Part shown: positions 17,858-25,952 of the stretch, piece by piece | How positions within the stretch are numbered: the stretch's first letter is position 1 | Layout: each line of letters starts with the position of its first letter | Origin: Acaryochloris marina S15 | GTDB lineage: Bacteria > Cyanobacteriota > Cyanobacteriia > Thermosynechococcales > Thermosynechococcaceae | Assembly: GCF_018336915.1 (NCBI RefSeq) | Contig: NZ_CP064923.1 | Span: 3,270,001-3,302,000 of the forward strand | DNA: 32,000 nucleotides | Direction: 5' to 3' | Program-made: the position numbers and the translations under genes | The notes under the pieces: model-generated | Seen by the model: only the letters and a program-made list of their open reading frames with translations | Told to the model about the DNA's origin: nothing | The model's database searches: none

Positions 17858-19289
17858 CAGCAATTGTAAATTCAATATTTCATGAGGTATCGGCTGCTAT
17901 TCGAGGCTCTGGATCATCCAACATAAACTGGAGCAAATGCTCCCAACTCTCAAAGAGCAAGTATTTGGTCAAAGTCTGAATATCGTGAAAAAAGCCTTGT
18001 CGGGTTCCCCGTTGCTTTCGCATGCGTTGATAAGTGGAGTCCACCAAGTGCAAGACGGTATGAAATAAGAATGCCAACAGGTTGAGTACCAATAGCACAG
18101 CAGCAAGGTTCTTCTGACCATGACCAAAATTATGTTCTAAGTGATAGCCCTTGGTTTTGAGGACATTGTGTCCTTCATTCTCCGCTTTCCATCGGGCACG
18201 TCCAGCACTGACAATCTCGGCCACACTTTGGTCATTGATGAAATGGTGAGTAATGAACGCGTTGTGATACATAGTCTTTCCATCAGCAGCACGAGTAACA
18301 GAGACTTCGCACCAGTTGACCATCACTGCTGGTAGCTCCTCACGCAGGGGGATGCGATTGTAATAGCGATACTGACAAATTTCATGATAGCGACCGTTCC
18401 AGCCCCGAGTCTCTAGATGCTCAACATCTCCAATACCTTCTAAATACTCTACCCATTCATATAGCTCTGGATGGGAGGAGGGCAAACAGACAAAAATGAA
18501 GTTCAACTCATCCTCTAAACAAGTCTCCACCATCGGTTGACGGCTATAGAGGTCATCGCCAAGAACCGTAATCTTGGCTCCGTCAAACCCTTGAGCATGC
18601 CCCTTGATCCACCGTTTGGCCGCAGCGGTTTCACTATCCTGTTTCTCCGCACCATCTTGAGGACGAATGAACTCTGGGGCCAGAGAAATGACATGTTCAA
18701 TTTCCGGACAAACGAGGACGGGCAACACGGCGGTGTGCGTATAGGTGACACTCCCATCCCGATGGGTTTTGGTAGAACACTGATCGCAACAAATCCGGTT
18801 TGAGGAAAAATACTCGCTGCCGTCTAGCCCTACCAACAGGTGTCCACCTAGAACCTTATATTGCTCTAGATAACCTCGTCGTAGGAGAACGCTATAAATT
18901 TGATAAAAAATGGGAAACAGAAGACGAAATGCGATCAAGTCCAAAACATTCTTGATTTGGTTGCTCGTGGGGAGTTCTGTTAACTCAAAGAGGGCTTGGG
19001 CGTTGTCACGACCATGACGACTATGAACATGGCGTTGGTACTCCAGAAACGAAGGACATTGCATAAAGAAGACAGCAAATGCGCCTAATACAATATCTTT
19101 GAGACTAAATTTGGTGCCATTACTGGGTTGACGTGGATCATCGAGGTGCTCAATGAGCTGATGTAGCCAGTGCAGTAAGAGAGGGAAATTTAGAACACCT
19201 TCATTCATCGTCTGGGGCTCTGCAAGTGTATGAATACATCCTCAACGACTACAACCTAGCTTGCCAAAATTTTGAATTTACAATTGCTG
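17858..19289 (-). mobile_element. Insertion sequence (IS4-superfamily/ISNCY-like, family tentative)
   Basis: The terminal inverted repeat CAGCAATTGTAAATTCAA lies at 17858-17875 and, reverse-complemented, at 19272-19289. It holds a single 442-aa transposase ORF. No direct repeat flanks it. Confidence 0.8.
17880..19208 (-). CDS. DDE transposase of the IS
   Basis: 442 aa. Candidate DDE residues lie in LLVGLDGSEYF, VLGDDLYS and RARWKAENEGHNVLK (an IS4-type Y-R-E-K-like signature). Confidence 0.85.
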   Translation of the reverse strand: MNEGVLNFPLLLHWLHQLIEHLDDPRQPSNGTKFSLKDIVLGAFAVFFMQCPSFLEYQRHVHSRHGRDNAQALFELTELPTSNQIKNVLDLIAFRLLFPIFYQIYSVLLRRGYLEQYKVLGGHLLVGLDGSEYFSSNRICCDQCSTKTHRDGSVTYTHTAVLPVLVCPEIEHVISLAPEFIRPQDGAEKQDSETAAAKRWIKGHAQGFDGAKITVLGDDLYSRQPMVETCLEDELNFIFVCLPSSHPELYEWVEYLEGIGDVEHLETRGWNGRYHEICQYRYYNRIPLREELPAVMVNWCEVSVTRAADGKTMYHNAFITHHFINDQSVAEIVSAGRARWKAENEGHNVLKTKGYHLEHNFGHGQKNLAAVLLVLNLLAFLFHTVLHLVDSTYQRMRKQRGTRQGFFHDIQTLTKYLLFESWEHLLQFMLDDPEPRIAADTS

Positions 19290-19624
19290 GTGATAAAGAC
19301 ATCTCGGGGACGACCTGGATCATGCATTTCCACATACAACACAGGCATCGGAATGCGGTACAGCCCTCCCTTCTGCTTGGAATAGTGAGCCCGATAGACC
19401 TGACTTGCCTTTGAAAGACCCACATCATCAGAGGTGTACACCACACCAGAGTGCAACACGGCTTTGCGCTCATTCAGCCAATCAAAATAGGCTTGTTCTC
19501 TAGGAGTTTGAATATAGGGATCAAATTCCTTGATTCGCTGGGCTTTCAGATCTAGCTCTGAAGGCTGTTCACCGAGATCAACCGATGTCAATTGAATTGG
19601 GACAGGTTCTACCATCGGGCTCAC
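19290..19624 (-). pseudogene. tnsC: tnsC remnant (first ~111 codons only)
   Basis: The GTG start overlaps the tnsB stop (GTGA). FDWLNERK...VV...YRAHY...PVLYVEMHDPGRPRDVF is collinear with the N-terminus of V-K TnsC. The ORF continues into the IS end at 19289 and stops. The expected P-loop reads YTSDDVGLS. Confidence 0.75.
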
Positions 19625-21420
19625 CAGCTTTCACTCAGAAACTCATCCCAATTCTCTATCACAGAAACCTGCTGTGATTCTGCAGCAACGTCATGATCGG
19701 AAAAGGGTTGTTGATCTGGGGGATCCTGGACCACTCGCTTCCCATCCTGAGAATCCATAACATTTCCCTTGATTTCAGCGATTTGGGAGTCTTGCAGGGT
19801 CTTTTCCTCTAGCTTATCCTGGGCTTTCCACCGACACTTTCTCTGAGATTTCTCTTTCCGTTTCTGCTCTGAAAACTGCTGCAGATCCAGCCGCTCACTT
19901 AGCAAGGCCACATTATCTATCTTTCGCTCTTGTTGATGCATCTTGCGCTTGATAAGACGCCATTCTTTCAGGGAAATACGAGTTTTCTCCAAATCTCTGG
20001 CATGGGCCAAGCCTATATACTCAGATAGCTCAGACTCCTGTGAATAGGAGTAAACCAACACGGTAGAAATATCTCTCGGGTCATACCGGATTTGAATATA
20101 TTTGTGTGGCAGATTTTTTAGGGCCTTCACCTGATACTTTAAGCACTCAAAATTAAACGACTCATGCTTCTCAACTTTCCGCTTCTTGGTTTTCAACAAG
20201 CAAACATCAAGTTTTCGTTCATCGATGATCGGCAGATCACCCAATAGCGAAGCTTGCCAACGCTCTCGTCTCAGGGTATCTCTGACTTTGGGATATTGAT
20301 GGAGATTGTAATGCTGGGAAAAATAGCGGACCATCAGCTGCTCAAATTCTTCCAAGGTCACACAGGCATTTTTTTCAGCCTCTACAGGGCGAGTTTGAAC
20401 ATTGGAACCCTTATAGCCCAGTAAATGAGATAGCAATTCTGTATTGTTTTTTCCAAACACTGATTCCACGACTCCCCCAGCTTGGGGATATGCGCGCCGC
20501 CTGAGCTTGATACCGAGATGAGAAGCAACCTTCTTCAAATGCAGAGACTTAAACTCTTTGGCTCGGTCTGTAAATAGATAATCTGGAATCCCACGTTCAA
20601 TCCAAGGTTGTTCGAGCTTGTACTCAGGTCCATAGTGCTTGGGAAGCATCGCGTGACGCAAGGCTAGCCCTACCTCAAAGGCTCCAGGTGCTTCAAACCC
20701 TACGTAGTAACCCATCAGACAACCAGAGTAGTGATCGACAATGATCGTTAAGAAGGGACAACCAATAATCTCTCCTTTATCATCTACCAGCAGAATATCG
20801 GCTTTGGTATGGTCTGCTTGCCAAATCTGGTTGCTATAAGTGACGGGTATATCCCCATCCGTCGTACGAGCAACTTTATTTTTTCCTTGACCTGGGTGCC
20901 GCTGGGTTTCCCGAGCTTTCTCAATGTAGGGGGCTAAAACTTTGTAAACGGTGACATGAGACGGATATTCGCCTTGTTTGAGACCTAAATTTAGCTCTGC
21001 ATGGGCTTTGACGAGGTTAAAGACTTGATTGCGATTGATCCGCAAGCTATTCTTTTGACCCCGCAGATAGGTTTGGACGATAAATTGATGCCACTCTTTG
21101 GATATTCTGAATTTACCTTTATCCGCTCTGACCTCTACAGCTAAGCCATCCCAGCCCTTATTTCTGACCCGTTTTAGCGTGCGAATAATTGTGGTTCGAT
21201 GAACCCTTAAGATCTGGGCTGCTTCTCTAATTTTCTGAGTCTTCAGTCCTTCCGGTGCTCGAAGAATCTCTGAAAGCAGGCGGATTTTCAGATTGGAGGA
21301 CTCTGCACAAGATTCCAAGACCTGGGGAAGCAGAGAACTATCACGTAAGCTATCGACATCAACAGATTCTTCACTCTCTGCCAATAACTGTGCATCTTTT
21401 GCAGTATTTGCAAATTCCAT
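19621..21420 (-). CDS. tnsB: TnsB, Mu/Tn7-family DDE transposase
   Basis: 599 aa from ATG 21420 (the ORF opens at a TTG at 21432). It has N-terminal HTH-like regions. The catalytic core is WQADHTKADILLVD (D), YLFTDRAKEFKS (D) and GGVVESVFG (E). It lies next to the transposon end. Confidence 0.9.
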   Translation of the reverse strand: MEFANTAKDAQLLAESEESVDVDSLRDSSLLPQVLESCAESSNLKIRLLSEILRAPEGLKTQKIREAAQILRVHRTTIIRTLKRVRNKGWDGLAVEVRADKGKFRISKEWHQFIVQTYLRGQKNSLRINRNQVFNLVKAHAELNLGLKQGEYPSHVTVYKVLAPYIEKARETQRHPGQGKNKVARTTDGDIPVTYSNQIWQADHTKADILLVDDKGEIIGCPFLTIIVDHYSGCLMGYYVGFEAPGAFEVGLALRHAMLPKHYGPEYKLEQPWIERGIPDYLFTDRAKEFKSLHLKKVASHLGIKLRRRAYPQAGGVVESVFGKNNTELLSHLLGYKGSNVQTRPVEAEKNACVTLEEFEQLMVRYFSQHYNLHQYPKVRDTLRRERWQASLLGDLPIIDERKLDVCLLKTKKRKVEKHESFNFECLKYQVKALKNLPHKYIQIRYDPRDISTVLVYSYSQESELSEYIGLAHARDLEKTRISLKEWRLIKRKMHQQERKIDNVALLSERLDLQQFSEQKRKEKSQRKCRWKAQDKLEEKTLQDSQIAEIKGNVMDSQDGKRVVQDPPDQQPFSDHDVAAESQQVSVIENWDEFLSESW

Positions 21421-21456
21421 AGGACTTAGCAAAACCTAACCAACACACCGACAAAG

Positions 21457-21638
21457 GTGCATGTAATTCTTTAAAAGAATACCCCCACTATACAGAGGTG
21501 GTGCACTTAAATATTTAATTATGGAGAAAAGTTCTTTATTCGAAAAAGGTTGTATAAGATAGATACAGTAACCAGCTATAGACTCTTCGAAGAGTGCACT
21601 AATTCTTTAAATCAGTGCATTTAATTATTTAATGGACA
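21457..21638. repeat. tnsB-proximal transposon end with four TnsB-site-like repeats
   Basis: GTGCA(N)TAATTCTTTAAA-type motifs, in inverse orientation to those at 7462-7586, lie at 21457-21476, 21501-21520, 21594-21611 and 21614-21638 (terminal, ends AATGGACA). Confidence 0.75.
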
Positions 21639-21695
21639 AAATCTATAGTTCGATTAAGGAGTCAGAGTTGGATGCTATCTTAATATTCACGTTCT

Positions 21696-21767
21696 GCGGA
21701 TGTAGTTCAGTGGTAGAACGTCAGCTTCCCAAGCTGAATGTCGTCGGTTCGAGTCCGATCATCCGCT
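21696..21767 (+). tRNA. tRNA-Gly (anticodon CCC)
   Basis: The cloverleaf folds by hand: acceptor GCGGATG/CATCCGC, D-stem GTTC/GAAC, anticodon stem TCAGC/GCTGA with loop TTCCCAA, T-stem GTCGG/CCGAT with loop TTCGAGT, and discriminator T. No CCA is encoded. Confidence 0.93.
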
Positions 21768-21788
21768 TTGACACATGCTCATCATTCT

Positions 21789-22232
21789 CTACCCTACAAA
21801 AGGGTTGATGAGTTTTATCGTACACCCTTCAAAATCGCTTATGTTTCGAGTTGCAATGGCCAAAGGCCGGTCGTAGAACATCGCACTACCGTATTGTTTT
21901 GCGATCGCAGCAATCATCATATCGAAGGCATCCACATGTAACCCCTGTTGCAAACAGGTATTACACAACTCACCGTAAGCCAAAGCTGCTTTAGGCTCAA
22001 AATTCAATAGTCGATCTCTAAAGCCTGTATCGATAAATATTTCAAATCTACGATGTAAATCTTCGCGCCTTCTGCCTTCAGGCAAGCGACCCAATCCATA
22101 ATAAATTTCTGCCAAGGTAATCACCGTAATCGCCAGATCCTTTTGATCTTGATCACGCATCCAGTCCAACACCTGTGAAGACGGAGCTGGCTTCATAAGT
22201 TCTGACACCACATTCGTATCGAGAATGATCAT
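21789..22232 (-). CDS. vapC: VapC/FitB-like PIN-domain toxin
   Basis: 147 aa. It has MIILDTNVVSE..., a conserved acidic pattern, and a ...ATRNISDF C-terminus. The start overlaps the antitoxin stop (ATGA). Confidence 0.85.
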   Translation of the reverse strand: MIILDTNVVSELMKPAPSSQVLDWMRDQDQKDLAITVITLAEIYYGLGRLPEGRRREDLHRRFEIFIDTGFRDRLLNFEPKAALAYGELCNTCLQQGLHVDAFDMMIAAIAKQYGSAMFYDRPLAIATRNISDFEGCTIKLINPFVG

Positions 22233-22462
22233 TCAAGCTCTCGCGGCAGGACAGCAGGATGGGCCTCTAGCTCAACGCCATTGTCTTGGCCAAATAATTG
22301 CAGTGCTAAATCAGCAGTATTAGGCTCGGATACAGTCTGAGCTAATGCCTGTCGCAGGATGACACGAGCTTCTTCCTCCATGGAGCGATTATTCTGGGCT
22401 GCCTGTACACGCAGCTTCGTTTTGACATCTTCATCTAAATTGCGGATAGTGATGCTGGCCAT
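22229..22462 (-). CDS. vapB: VapB/FitA-like RHH antitoxin
   Basis: MASITIRNLDEDVKTKLRVQAAQNNRSMEEEARVILRQAL is a classic FitA/Arc-type antitoxin N-terminus. The ORF opens at a GTG at 22480, and ATG 22462 is preferred. Confidence 0.75.
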   Translation of the reverse strand: MASITIRNLDEDVKTKLRVQAAQNNRSMEEEARVILRQALAQTVSEPNTADLALQLFGQDNGVELEAHPAVLPRELE

Positions 22463-22690
22463 ACAGATGACTCCTGACACTTGATATCATTTTCATCAAT
22501 GATTGCAATGCCATCAAAAATAAGATGCTAATACTGGCATTTATATTAGAACCCAGCTCAAAGCTTGAGATCATCAGTCATAGCAATTATCAAAAACAGA
22601 AATCTCTGTTTATGGGGCAGGTTTGGGGTAAACAAGAAAATCACTCGTCAAAACCCATACAGGGTAAAGGTTTTATTTCAGATTCTCAAA

Positions 22691-22725
22691 CTGAATATCA
22701 TCGGTTCAAGTCCGATCATCCGCTT
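22691..22725 (+). pseudogene. tRNA-Gly 3'-half fragment (att-like direct repeat)
   Basis: 32/35 identity to 21734-21768 (variable loop, T-arm, acceptor 3' strand and one following base). All three differences are G to A. Weaker similarity extends back to about 22676. No 5' acceptor partner exists upstream. Confidence 0.8.
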
Positions 22726-25700
22726 ATTGGTTATTGTCGTTGTTCGCTTCCCAGGAACTACTGGCGGCTTTCAGCATATTCAATACGAGCAGGGCAAACT
22801 TGCGGCCCGATTCTTCATTATCTAAAACGTCTAGGGATAGTTTTTCATGATCAGTCATGGCATCTAATACCGTATCCACCACCTTCTGGGGAAACAGGCC
22901 ATGCATCACCTGTTCTGGCGTATGGGTCTTAACCTGGGCCATCACATCTTCCTGACGACGGATGCGCTTGGTAATGGTATTGAGAAACTGGACCTGGTCT
23001 GCATCACTAATTTCAGCACCAAACAAGTCATTGAGGGACTGAATGATTTCTGAGAGCTTCTTTTTCTCGGGGTCATGGGCTTTGCCAGTACCAATCGCAC
23101 TGCCTGGCTGCAAAGGATATTCACCTTGATTTTCTGCGAGTCGGAGCTGTTGTTCCTTACGCTTAGTGAGACGGTAGTGGGTTAAAGAAAGTTCAGAAAC
23201 GTCTATCTGTTCTCGATCTAAACGATCGCGTCGCAGTAGGGGGTAGAGGTGCTTGGTATAGACGCATAGTTGCTCTAATTCCTGATCTTCGTAATCGATA
23301 ATCTGGGAGAGAAATTCATACAAACGCCCAAAGCTCTGGAGGTTCTTTTTGAACAGGTCGAGTTGGTCAATCTCTTCTCCCGCAGCTTTTAAGGTTGACT
23401 CAGCTTGTGTTAGGGCTGCAGTGTTGCTAGTACGTTTTTGCGCCAAGGCTTGTCGGCGGTTGGCGTCAGCCTCTTGATAGCGTTGCTTATAGCGATTGAC
23501 GGCGGGTTGGCAATGGTAAGCCAGCTTGGCATTGGCAGCTTTGGGGTCAAAGAAGGCCAGGGCAAACGCTTCCACTTCACTCCCGTGATAAATGCCTTCT
23601 TCATCTAGGGTATTTTGCAGGTCGTAGAGGAGCTGCGGGTCCGAGACATCTGCGAGTTCTGCCTTGTTGTAGTAAGGCAAAAAGGCTTCCAGAATATCCT
23701 GAGGGTCGTTAAAGAAGTCGAGGATAAAGGTGGCTTTGCCAGGGAAGAGGCGGTTGAGGCGAGAGAGGGTTTGTACGCAATCTACGCCGTGGAGTTTTTT
23801 GTCCACGTACATGGCGCAGAGCTTGGGCTGGTCGAAGCCCGTTTGGAATTTGTTGGCCACAATCATGACATTATATTCAGCCGTATCAAAGACCTGCCTG
23901 ATATCGCGCCCCTTGAGATTGGGGTTAAGGAGAGTACTGGTTTCGCGTACCTCTTCCGGGATAGCGTCATCCGGGGGCACCTTGCCAGAAAACGCCACCA
24001 GGGGATGCACGTTGGTGTAGCCCTGATCTTGGACATAGGTTTTAAGGGCGAGGTGATAGCAGACTGCTTCTTGGCGACTAGTGGTGACCACCATGGCCTT
24101 AGCCTGACCATTGAGCAGATGGGTGACATGCTCGCGAAAGTGCTCAACCATAACCTCCACTTTTTGGCTGATGTTATGGGGGTGCAGACGGACCCAGCGG
24201 GCCAGCTTGGTGCGGGCCTGTTTAGAATCCACCTCTCCTTGCTCAGCATGGGGATGGGCAATTTTCCAGGCGGTGGCGTAAGTGGTGTAGTTGAGCAGCA
24301 CATCGAGGATAAAGCCTTCTTCAATGGCCTGCCGCATGGAGTAAAGATGAAAGGGTTCTGGCTTATTGTCCACGCTGGGAGGCTGATGGGGGTTGGGTGG
24401 ACGGCCAAAGAGTTCTAGGGTTTTAGCTTTGGGTGTAGCGGTAAAGGCATAGTAGCTGATGTACTGATTGGGTCCCCGCGCCTGTACCGCAGCATCCATT
24501 AAGTCTTCGGCACTCAGTCCTTCGGTATCAGGATGGTCACTCCCCAGAATGGCTTTCAGCTTGCTAGCAGCCGATCCGGTTTGGGAGGAATGGGCTTCGT
24601 CAGCAATCACGGCATAGCGACCGCTGGCGAGGTCAGGATATTTATCCAGGGCATCAAATAGGGCGGGAAAGGTTTGAATCGTGACGATAATAATGCGGGT
24701 TTTGCTGGATAGGGCCTCGGCCAGTTGCTCTGACTTGCTTTGGCTGGTGCCCTCGCGGGTAATGGGAACCACAACGCCCTGGGCATGCTCGAACTGGTAG
24801 ATGGTGTCCTGGAGTTGGCTATCCAGAACGGTGCGATCGGTAACGACGATGACGGAGCTAAATAGTTTTTGACCGCCGTCGTCATAGAGAGAAGCCAGCT
24901 GGTGGGCGGTCCAGGCAATGGAGTTGGATTTCCCGGACCCAGCACTATGCTGAATCAGGTATCGTTGGCCTGCCCCTTCACGGCGAGTAGTATCTATCAG
25001 CTGGTTGACCACCTGCCATTGGTGATAGCGAGGAAAAATCAGTTTCTCTTTCGGTTTAACGGAACCGTCAAAATCTTCTTCCTTGGGCTTTTGCAGATGC
25101 AAGAACCGACCCAACACCTTTAGCCAAGCATCAGGCTGAAATAGCTGTTCCCATAGGTACGCCGTGGCGTAGGTGTTTTCGGCCTTGGGAGCTGGGTTGC
25201 CTGCACCGCCATCCTTCGTGCCCTGGTTAAAGGGCAAGAAAAAGGTGTCTTTGCCTGCCAGTTGGGTGGTCATGGCGACTTCTTGCTGGCTAACGGCAAA
25301 ATGCACCAGGGCACCACGCTTAAAGGCGAGTAAGGGTTCTGCTGTGCGGGTGAGGGGGTCTTTGACGGGGCGATCAAACCGATACTGGCGTTTGGCGTTG
25401 TCGATGGATTGTTTAAACTCGCTTTTGAGTTCTAATGTGGCGGTGGGGATGCCGTTGACGAATAGCACTAGGTCGAGGCGAGGGTTATAGTCACCGGAGC
25501 GGGCATGGGGCGAGTAGGATACTTCTGGCACCACCCGCAGGCGATTGGCTTGGTAACGAGCCTGGGTATCGGGGTTCATGCCGTGGTCGGGCTGGAAGCT
25601 GCACAGCTCAATTTTGATGCCGGGAATTTTATAGCCATGGCGCAGTAAGTCTAGGGAGCCGTTTTGTTCTAAAGTCCGGACGGTTTTTTGAATTAGGACG

Positions 25701-25897
25701 CCTGCGGGGTCGGTGGGGTTATTCTTGCAGAGTTTTTGCCAACGGTCGGGCCAGGCGGTTTGGAAGTAGGCCAGCAGGTCTTCGGTATATAGGGCAGTAG
25801 TGGGGTTGTAGTTTGCAGACGTGCCGACGAGCCAGCCTTGGGCTTGCAGGGCATTGATGATATCGGTTTGGAAGGCGGCTTCTTTGCTGTCGGCCAT
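22724..25897 (-). CDS. hsdR: Type I restriction enzyme, R subunit
   Basis: 1057 aa. It has the N-terminal nuclease region, an SF2 helicase motif I (SAGSGKSNS), a DEAH box (VIADEAHSSQ), and later motifs (TATP, QTGFD). Confidence 0.93.
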   Translation of the reverse strand: MADSKEAAFQTDIINALQAQGWLVGTSANYNPTTALYTEDLLAYFQTAWPDRWQKLCKNNPTDPAGVLIQKTVRTLEQNGSLDLLRHGYKIPGIKIELCSFQPDHGMNPDTQARYQANRLRVVPEVSYSPHARSGDYNPRLDLVLFVNGIPTATLELKSEFKQSIDNAKRQYRFDRPVKDPLTRTAEPLLAFKRGALVHFAVSQQEVAMTTQLAGKDTFFLPFNQGTKDGGAGNPAPKAENTYATAYLWEQLFQPDAWLKVLGRFLHLQKPKEEDFDGSVKPKEKLIFPRYHQWQVVNQLIDTTRREGAGQRYLIQHSAGSGKSNSIAWTAHQLASLYDDGGQKLFSSVIVVTDRTVLDSQLQDTIYQFEHAQGVVVPITREGTSQSKSEQLAEALSSKTRIIIVTIQTFPALFDALDKYPDLASGRYAVIADEAHSSQTGSAASKLKAILGSDHPDTEGLSAEDLMDAAVQARGPNQYISYYAFTATPKAKTLELFGRPPNPHQPPSVDNKPEPFHLYSMRQAIEEGFILDVLLNYTTYATAWKIAHPHAEQGEVDSKQARTKLARWVRLHPHNISQKVEVMVEHFREHVTHLLNGQAKAMVVTTSRQEAVCYHLALKTYVQDQGYTNVHPLVAFSGKVPPDDAIPEEVRETSTLLNPNLKGRDIRQVFDTAEYNVMIVANKFQTGFDQPKLCAMYVDKKLHGVDCVQTLSRLNRLFPGKATFILDFFNDPQDILEAFLPYYNKAELADVSDPQLLYDLQNTLDEEGIYHGSEVEAFALAFFDPKAANAKLAYHCQPAVNRYKQRYQEADANRRQALAQKRTSNTAALTQAESTLKAAGEEIDQLDLFKKNLQSFGRLYEFLSQIIDYEDQELEQLCVYTKHLYPLLRRDRLDREQIDVSELSLTHYRLTKRKEQQLRLAENQGEYPLQPGSAIGTGKAHDPEKKKLSEIIQSLNDLFGAEISDADQVQFLNTITKRIRRQEDVMAQVKTHTPEQVMHGLFPQKVVDTVLDAMTDHEKLSLDVLDNEESGRKFALLVLNMLKAASSSWEANNDNNQ

Positions 25898-25952
25898 AGG
25901 GTTTGCCGGGTAGGGGAAATATGCAAATTTAGAGATTGAGTTGCTATGTCGG

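Larger units (their letters stand above)
7462..21638 (-). mobile_element. Type V-K CRISPR-associated Tn7-like transposon (CAST), degenerate (tnsC truncated, no tniQ)
   Basis: The termini are 45-nt inverted repeats: 7462-7506 versus the reverse complement of 21594-21638, 41/45 identical, starting TGTACA / TGTCCA. Internal reiterated end motifs are present. cas12k, the tracrRNA-like region and the array sit at one end, and tnsB-tnsC' at the other. AAATCTATA flanks both termini. Confidence 0.9.

Noticed and set aside
21696-21767. Intact tRNA-Gly as the site that directed the present insertion
   Set aside because: Its PAM and protospacer point away from the element, so downstream is to the right. 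The element lies to the left, and the distance rule is instead met exactly by the fragment at 7387-7420.
22650-22725. Possible second functional tRNA (anticodon-like loop TTCTCAA)
   Set aside because: No 5' acceptor strand complementary to CATCCGC exists about 70 nt upstream, and there is no D-arm. Only the 3' half is tRNA-like.
22525-22932. 135-aa and 86-aa plus-strand ORFs between vapB and hsdR
   Set aside because: They run across the tRNA fragment and lie antisense to the hsdR 3' end. Their composition is poor, so they are most likely spurious.
23615-24418. 267-aa plus-strand ORF and several other long ORFs antisense to or out of frame within hsdR
   Set aside because: They lie wholly inside a well-supported 1057-aa hsdR frame. 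They are typical shadow ORFs of GC-skewed coding sequence.
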